Virus record (IMG/VR): IMGVR_UViG_3300014962_000008
Span: 1 to 58,712 of that record
DNA from: a virus
Taxonomy: Duplodnaviria; Caudoviricetes
DNA: 58,712 bases
Strand: one strand, 5' to 3'
In this document: piece after piece, positions 26,725 through 34,556 of the stretch
Numbering within the stretch: position 1 is the stretch's first letter
Layout of the letters: each line of letters opens with the position of its first letter
Program-made: the position numbers and the translations under genes
The notes under the pieces: model-generated
What the model was told of the DNA's origin: nothing
Databases searched by the model: none
The model's input: the letters and a program-made list of their open reading frames with translations, nothing else

Positions 26725-28641
26725 TTGCGCTACGGTTCCGTCTGCAGCGGCATTGAGGCCGCGACTGCCGCATGGCACCACATGGGCTGGGAACCCGCCT
26801 TCTTTTCAGAGATTGAGGCTTTCCCGCGCGCGGTGCTTGAACACCACTACCCTGAAGTCCCACTGCATGGCGACTTCACAACCATTGAGAAGAACCAATA
26901 TGGCCAAATCGACCTCCTCGTTGGCGGAACCCCCTGCCAATCCTTCAGCGTTGCCGGTCTCCGAGGGGGACTGGATGATGAACGTGGTAACCTCGCCCTT
27001 GAGTTTTGCCGACTTGCTCAGCGCGAGCAACCTCGCTGGATTGTCTGGGAAAACGTCCCCGGTGTCCTGTCATCGAACGGAGGACGGGACTTTGGTTCCA
27101 TCCTCGGGGCGCTGGAAGACCTCGGGTACGGTCTCGCGTACCGGGTCTTGGACGCTCAGTACTTCGGAGTGGCCCAGCGACGCCGCCGTGTGTTTGTTGT
27201 CGGATATCTTGGAGACTGGCGACCTGCCGCAGCGGTTCTTTTTGAGCGCCACAGCATGTCAGGGCATCCTGCGCCGAGCCGAGAAGCGCGGAAAGAAGCT
27301 GCCAGAGCAGCTTCAGTCAGCACTCATGAGTGTGGTGGAATTGGAAGCTACAACGAAAGCGACATCAGCAGCCCTCTCCTCCGATCAGGAGCTGACAAAG
27401 GACACGGATGCGAAGCCCTCATCGCTGGAGGGGATGGACTTGCTCTGACCGAGACAGTCGGCACGCTGCGCACCCGCCGCCCGGGCGAGGGCGGCGTGCA
27501 AGGTGACTTCGACCACATCGTGCCGGTGGTCAGCCCTGCCTTGAACACGCAGAGCGGGTCGCACCACGCGCCCGACACCAAGGCCTATGTCGTTGTCCAC
27601 GGTACGCAAGACCCCTGTGTCTCCACAGACACTGCTTTCGCCTTGGGCCGCAATAATGGTGGCGAAAACGCCATCGCCTACTCCATCATGCCGATGAACA
27701 GCGGCAAGGACTACAAGGCCCGCGAGACTGAGGTCGCGCAGCCGATCATGGCGGGCGGCCCAGTGGGCGGCAATCAGGGCGGCGACTATGTTGTTCAGCC
27801 AACCATCGCCATCCAAGATGTTCGCGGTACCGATAAGGCACAGAACGGCAAGGGCTGGTCTGATGAGGGGGCTAGCTACACCGTTGACACCCACGCAACG
27901 CAAGGTGTGTCAAAAACAGTTGCCGCACGCAACGATCAGGACACGGCTTCCTGTGTGGCCTTTACGGCTCGCGATTACGGCGCGGATGCTACAGAAAACT
28001 TAGCACCCACCATGCGGTCTTTGGCGAGGGGCGCGGACGGGCATCAGTCAGGGTCACATGGTTTGGCCGTGGCATTCGCACAGAACACCCGCGATGAGGT
28101 TCGTCTGATTGGCGATGATCGCGCACTGTCATTGCAGCGCAGCCAGACACAGGCAATTGCACTCCAAGATGTGCGTGGGATTAAAAAAGCGCAGAATGGG
28201 CGCGGTTGGAACGATGATGGGTCAGCATATACAGTTGACACACGGGCAACGCAAGGTGTGGCTTACCCAGTGGGCAGCAATCAGGGCGGCTTTACCAACA
28301 GCCACCAGAACGGCGGCGTGATGCCTGCAGTTGCGATCGGCTTCAACGAGGACGGCACTGCGCGGACATTGACTGCGCGTCACGACAGCAGCCCGTGTGC
28401 TGATCGCGGGCCAGATGTGGTATCGCAAACCTCTGCCGTTCGCCGCCTGACCCCTGTTGAGTGCGAGAGGCTGCAAGGGTTTCCTGACAACTTCACGGCA
28501 ATCCCGTGGAAGAAGAAGGGACCAGAGCAGTGCCCCGATGGCCCGCGCTACAAGGCGCTCGGCAACAGCATGGCGGTTCCGGTCATGCGGTGGATCGGTG
28601 AGCGCATCCAGCTTGTTGATGACTTGATTTCGGTCCTATGA
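26725..28641 (+). CDS. C5-cytosine DNA methyltransferase with expanded modular variable region
   Basis: Motif I SVCSGIEA, IV GGTPCQSFS, VI WENVPG, VIII QRRRRVF, IX-X RRLTPVECERLQGFPD..GNSMAVPV; TTG start 26725 after GGGAG. Confidence 0.92.
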   Translation: MRYGSVCSGIEAATAAWHHMGWEPAFFSEIEAFPRAVLEHHYPEVPLHGDFTTIEKNQYGQIDLLVGGTPCQSFSVAGLRGGLDDERGNLALEFCRLAQREQPRWIVWENVPGVLSSNGGRDFGSILGALEDLGYGLAYRVLDAQYFGVAQRRRRVFVVGYLGDWRPAAAVLFERHSMSGHPAPSREARKEAARAASVSTHECGGIGSYNESDISSPLLRSGADKGHGCEALIAGGDGLALTETVGTLRTRRPGEGGVQGDFDHIVPVVSPALNTQSGSHHAPDTKAYVVVHGTQDPCVSTDTAFALGRNNGGENAIAYSIMPMNSGKDYKARETEVAQPIMAGGPVGGNQGGDYVVQPTIAIQDVRGTDKAQNGKGWSDEGASYTVDTHATQGVSKTVAARNDQDTASCVAFTARDYGADATENLAPTMRSLARGADGHQSGSHGLAVAFAQNTRDEVRLIGDDRALSLQRSQTQAIALQDVRGIKKAQNGRGWNDDGSAYTVDTRATQGVAYPVGSNQGGFTNSHQNGGVMPAVAIGFNEDGTARTLTARHDSSPCADRGPDVVSQTSAVRRLTPVECERLQGFPDNFTAIPWKKKGPEQCPDGPRYKALGNSMAVPVMRWIGERIQLVDDLISVL

Positions 28642-30683
28642 GCGGAGAGGACAACGACATGACAAACATCAGGGCAATTGCGCCCGCGCTACAGGCTGTT
28701 CGCGTTCCGGAGCCGCTCAGGGCATTGCCCGGCTGGCTGATCTGGCGCTATGAGCAGTTCGCAGGCGAGGCCAAGCCGCGCAAGATCCCCTACTGGGCAG
28801 ACGGCACCCGTCGCCACGGCCAGCAGGGCGGCCCGCAGGATCGCGATCGGCTGTCCACCTTCGTGGCTGCGCAGGACGCGGCGATCAGGCTGGGCTTCGA
28901 CGGCGTGGGCTTCGCGTCTCTGGCCGACTTTGGCTACGTCTTCCTCGACTTCGACGCCTGCGTCGACGTGCATGGCAACATGCCCAAGGAAGTCGAGGAC
29001 ATCGTCAACCGGACCTATGCCGAATACAGCCCGAGCGGCAAGGGCGTGCGCGCCGTGCTCAAGGGTGATCTGGGCAACCACAAGAGTTATCCAACGCCCG
29101 ACCAGTACGGCTTCGAGACGTTCAGTTCCACAGGCTTCGTGACCTTCACCGGCAACATCCTGCCGATCGTTGAGGTGCTGGGGTACGAGGACCACATCGC
29201 CGACGTGGACGAAAAGACCAAGGCGCTGTGCGAGCGGCGCTTCGGTGCGTCCGCAGGGACGACCTTCGACGCGGACGACTTCATGGCCGGGCGCGAGCCG
29301 AAGGTTGGCTTGACCGTCAGCCAGATGCAGGAGCTACTGTCGCACCTCGACCCAAGCATGGGCCGCGAGCCGTGGCTGCGCGTCGGTCTGGCCCTTCATC
29401 ACGAGACCGAGGGTGACGACACCGGCTTTGAGCTGTGGGACGAGTGGTCGAGTGAGGGCGAGACCTACCCGGGCACAGAGGGCCTGCGCTACCAGTGGGA
29501 AAGCTTCAGGCCGACACCGGGCAAGCGCCAAGTCACCATGGCCTCGGTGATCAAGATGGCCAAGGAGGCGGGCTACCGCCCCACTGAGGCAGGCAGCCGC
29601 GAGGAAGTGTTCGCCAAGGCCGAGGCGATCATGGCTGACCTGCCAGCGAAGAGCACAGGCCGCTTCGGCCCGGTGCCGATTTACGACCTGACCCAGCGCG
29701 AGCCGATGAGCTGGCTGATCAAGGCCGTGCTGCCCAAGGCCAAGCTTGGCATCCTGTTCGGCGCGTCAGGCAGCGGCAAGACCTTTGTCGCGCTGGACCT
29801 CGCCTTCTCAATCGCGCGGGGCAATGCGTGGCGCACGCGCAAGACGACCAAGGGGCGTGTTGTGATCATCGCCGCGGAGGGCGGCAGCGGTCTGGGCAAG
29901 CGCGCCGAGGCCTACGCACAGTTCCACGGCTTCGACCTGCGCAGCGTGCCAGACCTGCACGTCATCACCGCTGCACCCAACTTCCTCGACAGTGACGACA
30001 TCTCGGAGGTGATTGCCGAGATCAAGAACCTTGGCCCGGTCGATCTGGTCGTAACCGACACGCTGGCGCAGGTCACGCCGGGTGCGAACGAAAACACGTC
30101 CGAGGACATGGGCCGCGCACTGGCCAATCTCAACCTGCTGCACGAAGCGACGGGGGCGATGAACCTCGCCGTACACCACGCGGGCAAGGATCTCACCAAG
30201 GGCTCGCGCGGCTGGTCCGGCATCAAGGCCGCCGCCGACGTGCAGATCGAGGTGCTGCGCCACGAGAACGGCGAGCGCGAGATCGTCATCGAGAAGATGA
30301 AGGACGGCGAGGACGGGCTGCGATGGGGCTTCAAGCTCGAGGTGGTTGAGCTGGGCGTAGACTACGACGGCGACAGCATCACGAGTTGCGTCGCGGTGGA
30401 GGCCGACCTGTCTAAGCCAAGCGAGGACATGGAAGACCGCAAGGGCCTGAAGCGCCGCGGGCGCATCGAGAACCACGTCCTTGAGGTCATGACGCTCTTC
30501 GGCGCAGAGAGCGTTGTCAGCGCGGTCGAGCTTATTGACAAGGCCGTCGAGGCCCTTCCGGCACCGGAAGAGGGCAAGCGCGACACGCGCCGACAGTCCG
30601 TGGTGCGCGCGATTAACGGCCTGAGCCGGGAGAAAGATGGCCCACTTAAAGTGGAAGGCGGAAAAATTATCTTCTACGAGTAA
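28638..30683 (+). CDS. Primase-polymerase / PriCT / RecA-like (AAA_25) helicase fusion
   Basis: AEP motifs FLDFD and YAEYSPSGKG; W..VGLAL..WDEWS PriCT; Walker A GASGSGKT; DTL and HHAGK..RGWS. Alternative start 28659. Confidence 0.9.
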   Translation: MSGEDNDMTNIRAIAPALQAVRVPEPLRALPGWLIWRYEQFAGEAKPRKIPYWADGTRRHGQQGGPQDRDRLSTFVAAQDAAIRLGFDGVGFASLADFGYVFLDFDACVDVHGNMPKEVEDIVNRTYAEYSPSGKGVRAVLKGDLGNHKSYPTPDQYGFETFSSTGFVTFTGNILPIVEVLGYEDHIADVDEKTKALCERRFGASAGTTFDADDFMAGREPKVGLTVSQMQELLSHLDPSMGREPWLRVGLALHHETEGDDTGFELWDEWSSEGETYPGTEGLRYQWESFRPTPGKRQVTMASVIKMAKEAGYRPTEAGSREEVFAKAEAIMADLPAKSTGRFGPVPIYDLTQREPMSWLIKAVLPKAKLGILFGASGSGKTFVALDLAFSIARGNAWRTRKTTKGRVVIIAAEGGSGLGKRAEAYAQFHGFDLRSVPDLHVITAAPNFLDSDDISEVIAEIKNLGPVDLVVTDTLAQVTPGANENTSEDMGRALANLNLLHEATGAMNLAVHHAGKDLTKGSRGWSGIKAAADVQIEVLRHENGEREIVIEKMKDGEDGLRWGFKLEVVELGVDYDGDSITSCVAVEADLSKPSEDMEDRKGLKRRGRIENHVLEVMTLFGAESVVSAVELIDKAVEALPAPEEGKRDTRRQSVVRAINGLSREKDGPLKVEGGKIIFYE

Positions 30684-30688
30684 AAAAG

Positions 30689-30763
30689 TGCAAATAGGGG
30701 GTTGCAACGTCAGATTGAAGCTACTATATAGGGTTCATCGCAACGCATATAGGAGTTCATACA
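30689..30763 (+). promoter_or_regulatory. Promoter and conserved leader 5
   Basis: TTGCAA 30702, TATATA at 17-nt spacing, ATC-GCAACGCA at 30737, AGGAG RBS. Confidence 0.75.
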
Positions 30764-31075
30764 ATGGCAACTGCACCCGTACTCGATTTCGTTTCCGCCG
30801 CCATCGACCAGCTCGGCTCGGTCAAGGCCCGCATCGCAGAACTCAAGGCCGAGGAAGCCCGTCTGGCTTCCCTGATCGCCGAGAGCGGTCACGATGCGTA
30901 CGAGGGCAACCTCTTCCGCGCCACCGTCTCGAAGGTCGCCGACCGCCAGTCGCTGGACGTTAAGGCAGCCGAAGCCAAGCTCCGCGAGCTGGGCGTTGAT
31001 GGCCGCTGGTTCAGCAAGAACCAGAAGACCAGCAAGGGGTACACGACCGTCAAGGTCGTGGCTCGCAAGGCGTAA
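30764..31075 (+). CDS. Conserved phage hypothetical protein
   Basis: IDQLGSVKARIAELKAEE...YEGNLFRATV; strong RBS. Confidence 0.8.
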   Translation: MATAPVLDFVSAAIDQLGSVKARIAELKAEEARLASLIAESGHDAYEGNLFRATVSKVADRQSLDVKAAEAKLRELGVDGRWFSKNQKTSKGYTTVKVVARKA

Positions 31076-31085
31076 GGAGGCAGAC

Positions 31086-31262
31086 ATGCACGGCATCCTC
31101 GCAGCAGAATACACGACGGGTACCAATCGGTACCCGCCGACCCTCTACATCAACCGCATCATCAGCGGCCACCGCTCAAACGTGATTGCGTTCAACGTAA
31201 AGAACAAGCGCGAGGCGCGCGAACTGGCCAAGCGCTACGGCGCCACGCCTTGGAACTTTTGA
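31086..31262 (+). CDS. Hypothetical protein (58 aa)
   Basis: RBS AAGGAGG; MHGILAAEY...PWNF. Confidence 0.75.
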   Translation: MHGILAAEYTTGTNRYPPTLYINRIISGHRSNVIAFNVKNKREARELAKRYGATPWNF

Positions 31263-31273
31263 GGAGACACCCA

Positions 31274-31573
31274 ATGCCTGACCGCAGCTATTACCGCCTC
31301 GAGGGCGACAAGCGTCTGATCGAGGACGCCAAGTACAATCCCAGCCGTGAACTGGCCATCGCTCTGGGCGAGCGTCTGGAGGACGTTTTGGCTGAGTTTG
31401 ACGAGAAGGTCGGCGAGCAGAAAGACCGCGCCGCCGATGCAGAGCGCGATGCCAGCAAGCTTGAATACAAGATTGAGGAGATGGACGGCATCATCGCCAA
31501 ACTGGAAATGGCCCTCGACTACCGGGACAACCGCATTGCCGAACTTGAAGCACAACTGAAGAAAGGAAACTGA
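31274..31573 (+). CDS. Coiled-coil hypothetical protein
   Basis: ATG 31274 after GAGGAG. Confidence 0.75.
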   Translation: MPDRSYYRLEGDKRLIEDAKYNPSRELAIALGERLEDVLAEFDEKVGEQKDRAADAERDASKLEYKIEEMDGIIAKLEMALDYRDNRIAELEAQLKKGN

Positions 31574-31575
31574 GA

Positions 31576-32064
31576 GTGTACAAGATTGAGATCACCGCAG
31601 ACACGCTGGCGGAGTTGTCCGGCAAGGTCATGACGCTGGCGGCCAAGCTGAACACCGGCGCGGCAACCGAGGCTCCGCGTAGGGCCGATTTTGAGGAGGT
31701 CGAACGCCTTATCGACCGTGAGCTGCCTTTCTTGGGGCGCGTTAACCCCGTCATGCCGGAGGTGGCCGAGATGGCAGCCGCCCCGGAGCCTGCGAACGAG
31801 GCCACCGAAGCACCATCGGCCCCGGATACTTCGCCGGAAAGTGGTACCCCGACATCCGGCACTGGCCCGACTGCGGAGACTGCATCCCCTACTGAGCTGA
31901 ACTTCGAGACCGACGTGGCACCCTACGTGCTGCAGGTCGTGAAGGAGAAGGGTAAGCCTGCAGCGCAGGAAATCCTGAGCCAGTTTGGTGTGGAGAAAGC
32001 ATCAAACCTTGACCCGGCCATGTGGCCTGAACTTGTTGAAGCACTGAAAGGAGCACTGTCATGA
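31576..32064 (+). CDS. Hypothetical protein of the replication module
   Basis: Low-complexity linker plus C-terminal GKPAAQEILSQFGVEKASNL domain, in the usual slot before the exonuclease. Confidence 0.75.
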   Translation: MYKIEITADTLAELSGKVMTLAAKLNTGAATEAPRRADFEEVERLIDRELPFLGRVNPVMPEVAEMAAAPEPANEATEAPSAPDTSPESGTPTSGTGPTAETASPTELNFETDVAPYVLQVVKEKGKPAAQEILSQFGVEKASNLDPAMWPELVEALKGALS

Positions 32065-32303
32065 CCTACCAGATTGTTAAGAACAAGCCGTTCCCGGGCA
32101 TCAAGCGCGGCACGCGCTCGAAGTATCCCTTCAGCAAGATGAAAGTTGGAGATGCCTTCGAGGTGACCGACAAGCCCTGCAATCCAAAAGTCCGTAACGT
32201 ACTGGCGTCGGCTGCACGTCAATACGCCCGGCACCACAACCCCAAGGCTGCCTTCGCGACGCGCATTGTTGATGGTAGCCTCTGGATCTGGAGGACAGCA
32301 TAA
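32061..32303 (+). CDS. Small basic putative DNA-binding protein
   Basis: KYPFSKMKVGDAF...IWRT. Confidence 0.7.
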   Translation: MTYQIVKNKPFPGIKRGTRSKYPFSKMKVGDAFEVTDKPCNPKVRNVLASAARQYARHHNPKAAFATRIVDGSLWIWRTA

Positions 32304-33544
32304 TGGCCCACGCCAAGCTTAGCCCATCGGGCGCGCATCGCTGGATGGCGTGCCCGGGCAGCGTGGTGCTGGAGGCTCAATACCCGGACGAGGGCAGTAG
32401 CTACGCCCGAGAGGGAAGCGCTGCGCACGAACTGGCCGCGATCGTCCTCGAGGAAGATGACGATCTGGCCGCCAACTACATCGGCAAGAAGGTCGAGTTC
32501 TTCGAGGGCGATGACCCGCTCTTGTGGGACGTGACGCAGAGCATGGCCGATCACGTCGATGACTACGTCAGGCTTGTCCGCGAGTACGCCGAGGGCGGGA
32601 CGCTCATGGTCGAGCAGCGCCTTGGCATTGGCCACATCACGGGGGAGGAAGGTGCCAAGGGCACCAGCGACGTTGTGATCGTCAAGGGCGGCGAACTGAT
32701 CGTCATTGACCTCAAGTTTGGCATGGGCGTGAAGGTAGACGCTGCGGACAACCCGCAGCTCCAGCTCTACGCGCTGGGTGCGCTGAACGAGTTCGACATG
32801 CTGGGGGACTTCCACACCGTCACTATGGTGGTCCACCAGCCTCGCTTGAACCACGTCAGCGAATGGTCGATCCCGGTTGCGCAGCTACGCGAGTTCGCTC
32901 TTTCCGCCGAGGCTGCAGCGAACATTACAAGGGATGCCGAAGACGTTTTGGCGCAGAACGGCAAGCTTGATTGGATGTACCTCAACCCCGGCGAGAAGCA
33001 GTGCAAGTTCTGCAAGGCCAAGTCCTCGTGCCCTGCGCTGCGTGCCGAGATCACCGAAGTGGTCGGCGGGTCTGCCGCTGCCACGATCGAGGAGTTCGCT
33101 GAGTTCACGCCGGAGACGGTCGACATGCAGACGGGTGATAACTACCTGCCGATCGCCATGTCCAAGGTCGAGCTGGTCGAGCAGTGGTGCAAGGCCGTTC
33201 GCGCCGAGGTCGAGCGTCGCCTGCTCGCCGGGCAGCCGGTAGACGGCTACAAGCTTGTCGAGGGCAAGCGCGGCTCACGCAAGTGGAGCAGCGAGGCGGA
33301 CGTTGAGGCTCTCTTCAAGTCTTTCCGCCTGCGGCAAGACGAGATGTACGATTTCAGCTTGATTTCCCCGACAAAGGCGGAGAAGCTGTTCAAGGAAAAC
33401 CCCAAGCGCTGGTCCAAGGTTCTCGACCTTGTCACGCAAAGCTCGGGAAAGCCGTCTGTGGCACCCGCCACCGACAAGCGGCAAGAGATTGCCGTTCAAT
33501 CCGTTGCGGATGACTTCCGCGACTTACTGCAAACTGACAATTGA
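32303..33544 (+). CDS. Cas4-like PD-(D/E)XK exonuclease (DUF2800-type)
   Basis: HAKLSPSGAHRWMACP, GTSD, IDLKFG, QLQLYA, CKFCKAKSSC. Confidence 0.9.
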   Translation: MAHAKLSPSGAHRWMACPGSVVLEAQYPDEGSSYAREGSAAHELAAIVLEEDDDLAANYIGKKVEFFEGDDPLLWDVTQSMADHVDDYVRLVREYAEGGTLMVEQRLGIGHITGEEGAKGTSDVVIVKGGELIVIDLKFGMGVKVDAADNPQLQLYALGALNEFDMLGDFHTVTMVVHQPRLNHVSEWSIPVAQLREFALSAEAAANITRDAEDVLAQNGKLDWMYLNPGEKQCKFCKAKSSCPALRAEITEVVGGSAAATIEEFAEFTPETVDMQTGDNYLPIAMSKVELVEQWCKAVRAEVERRLLAGQPVDGYKLVEGKRGSRKWSSEADVEALFKSFRLRQDEMYDFSLISPTKAEKLFKENPKRWSKVLDLVTQSSGKPSVAPATDKRQEIAVQSVADDFRDLLQTDN

Positions 33545-33563
33545 AGAAGTGGACAACTGAACT

Positions 33564-34148
33564 ATGGCTACTCGCATTATGCTCAAGAACGTCGTTCTGG
33601 CTTTCCCGGCTCTGGCCGAACCGCAAGCCTTCGGTGAAGGCGACCCGGCTTATGGCGCAAAGTTCCCCATTGAACCTAACAGCGAACAGCAGAAGGCCAT
33701 TGAAGCCGCAATGCTGGCCGAGGCCAAGGAGACGTGGAAGGACAAGGCAGACAGCGTTCTGAAGATGCTGGCCGAAGACAACAAGCTGGCCTTCACCAAG
33801 AAGGTCTATCGGTCAAAGAAGACTGGAGAGGCCTATCAGGGCTTCGAAGGCAAGCACTACCTGTCCGCGCGCAATGCCAAGACCCAGCCGACTGTGTTTA
33901 ACCAGTATGGCGAAGAACTGGCCAGCAAGGGCGACATTGAGCGTCAGGCGTTCAGCGGTGCCGTTGTCAACGCCTCGATCGAGATCTGGGCGCAGGACAA
34001 CAAGTGGGGCCGTCGCATCAACTGCTCGCTGCGCGGCGTCATGCTGACCGGCGAGGGTGAAAACTTCGGTGGGGGCTCTAGCCCAGCCAGCGCCGATGAA
34101 TTTGCCTCTCTGGCCAAGGCCAAGGCCGATGCGGAGGACATCCTGTGA
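33564..34148 (+). CDS. Single-stranded DNA-binding protein (DUF2815-type)
   Basis: [11 protein letters not shown]...[15 protein letters not shown]...GENF; acidic tail; between exonuclease and polymerase. Confidence 0.85.
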   Translation: MATRIMLKNVVLAFPALAEPQAFGEGDPAYGAKFPIEPNSEQQKAIEAAMLAEAKETWKDKADSVLKMLAEDNKLAFTKKVYRSKKTGEAYQGFEGKHYLSARNAKTQPTVFNQYGEELASKGDIERQAFSGAVVNASIEIWAQDNKWGRRINCSLRGVMLTGEGENFGGGSSPASADEFASLAKAKADAEDIL

Positions 34149-34399
34149 GCGACGCCGGGCACAACGTGACCGACGACCGCCTGCGTCTTCTGATCGAGCG
34201 CGTCGAGCGTTTGGAAGAAGAGAAGGCGGCTATCGCCGATGACATCAAGGATGTGTTCCTTGAGGCCAAGGCGGTAGGCTACGACGCCAAGATCATGAAG
34301 CAGGTGATCCGCCTGCGGAAGATGCAGCCCGACGACCGGCGTGAGATGGAAACCATCCTCGACCTGTACAAGTCGGCCCTTGGCATGGACCTACTTTAA
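34145..34399 (+). CDS. gapR: GapR-like nucleoid-associated protein (DUF2312)
   Basis: [56 protein letters not shown]. Confidence 0.9.
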   Translation: MSDAGHNVTDDRLRLLIERVERLEEEKAAIADDIKDVFLEAKAVGYDAKIMKQVIRLRKMQPDDRREMETILDLYKSALGMDLL

Positions 34400-34403
34400 C
34401 ACT

Positions 34404-34556
34404 ATAGGAGCGGTGTGACGGGATCATTGTCCCTCTGGCAATGTCGCTAAGCCCGTCACACCCTCTATTCTGGCGAGCCGCGCGAAGGTGCGGGTGTACT
34501 CCTGCGTTGCTGATACTCCTCCGCGCGGCTCACCAGAATAGAGGGACTTATCAGCA
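34404..34556. ncRNA. Structured RNA / polymerase 5' leader: two overlapping hairpins, with a loop complementary to early-gene leaders
   Basis: Stem 34412-34422/34452-34462 (11 bp); stem 34461-34488/34518-34545 (26 of 28 bp); 34496-34514 is the exact reverse complement of 20379-20397. Confidence 0.75.

Noticed and set aside
32303-33544. Cas4-like nuclease as evidence of a CRISPR system
   Set aside because: It is a standard member of the exonuclease-SSB-PolA module; no other cas genes or array were seen.
34508-34556. H-type pseudoknot between the hairpin 2 loop and the start-codon region
   Set aside because: Only 3 nt link the 28-bp stem to the pairing segment, too short to span it. Kept only as an alternative fold.
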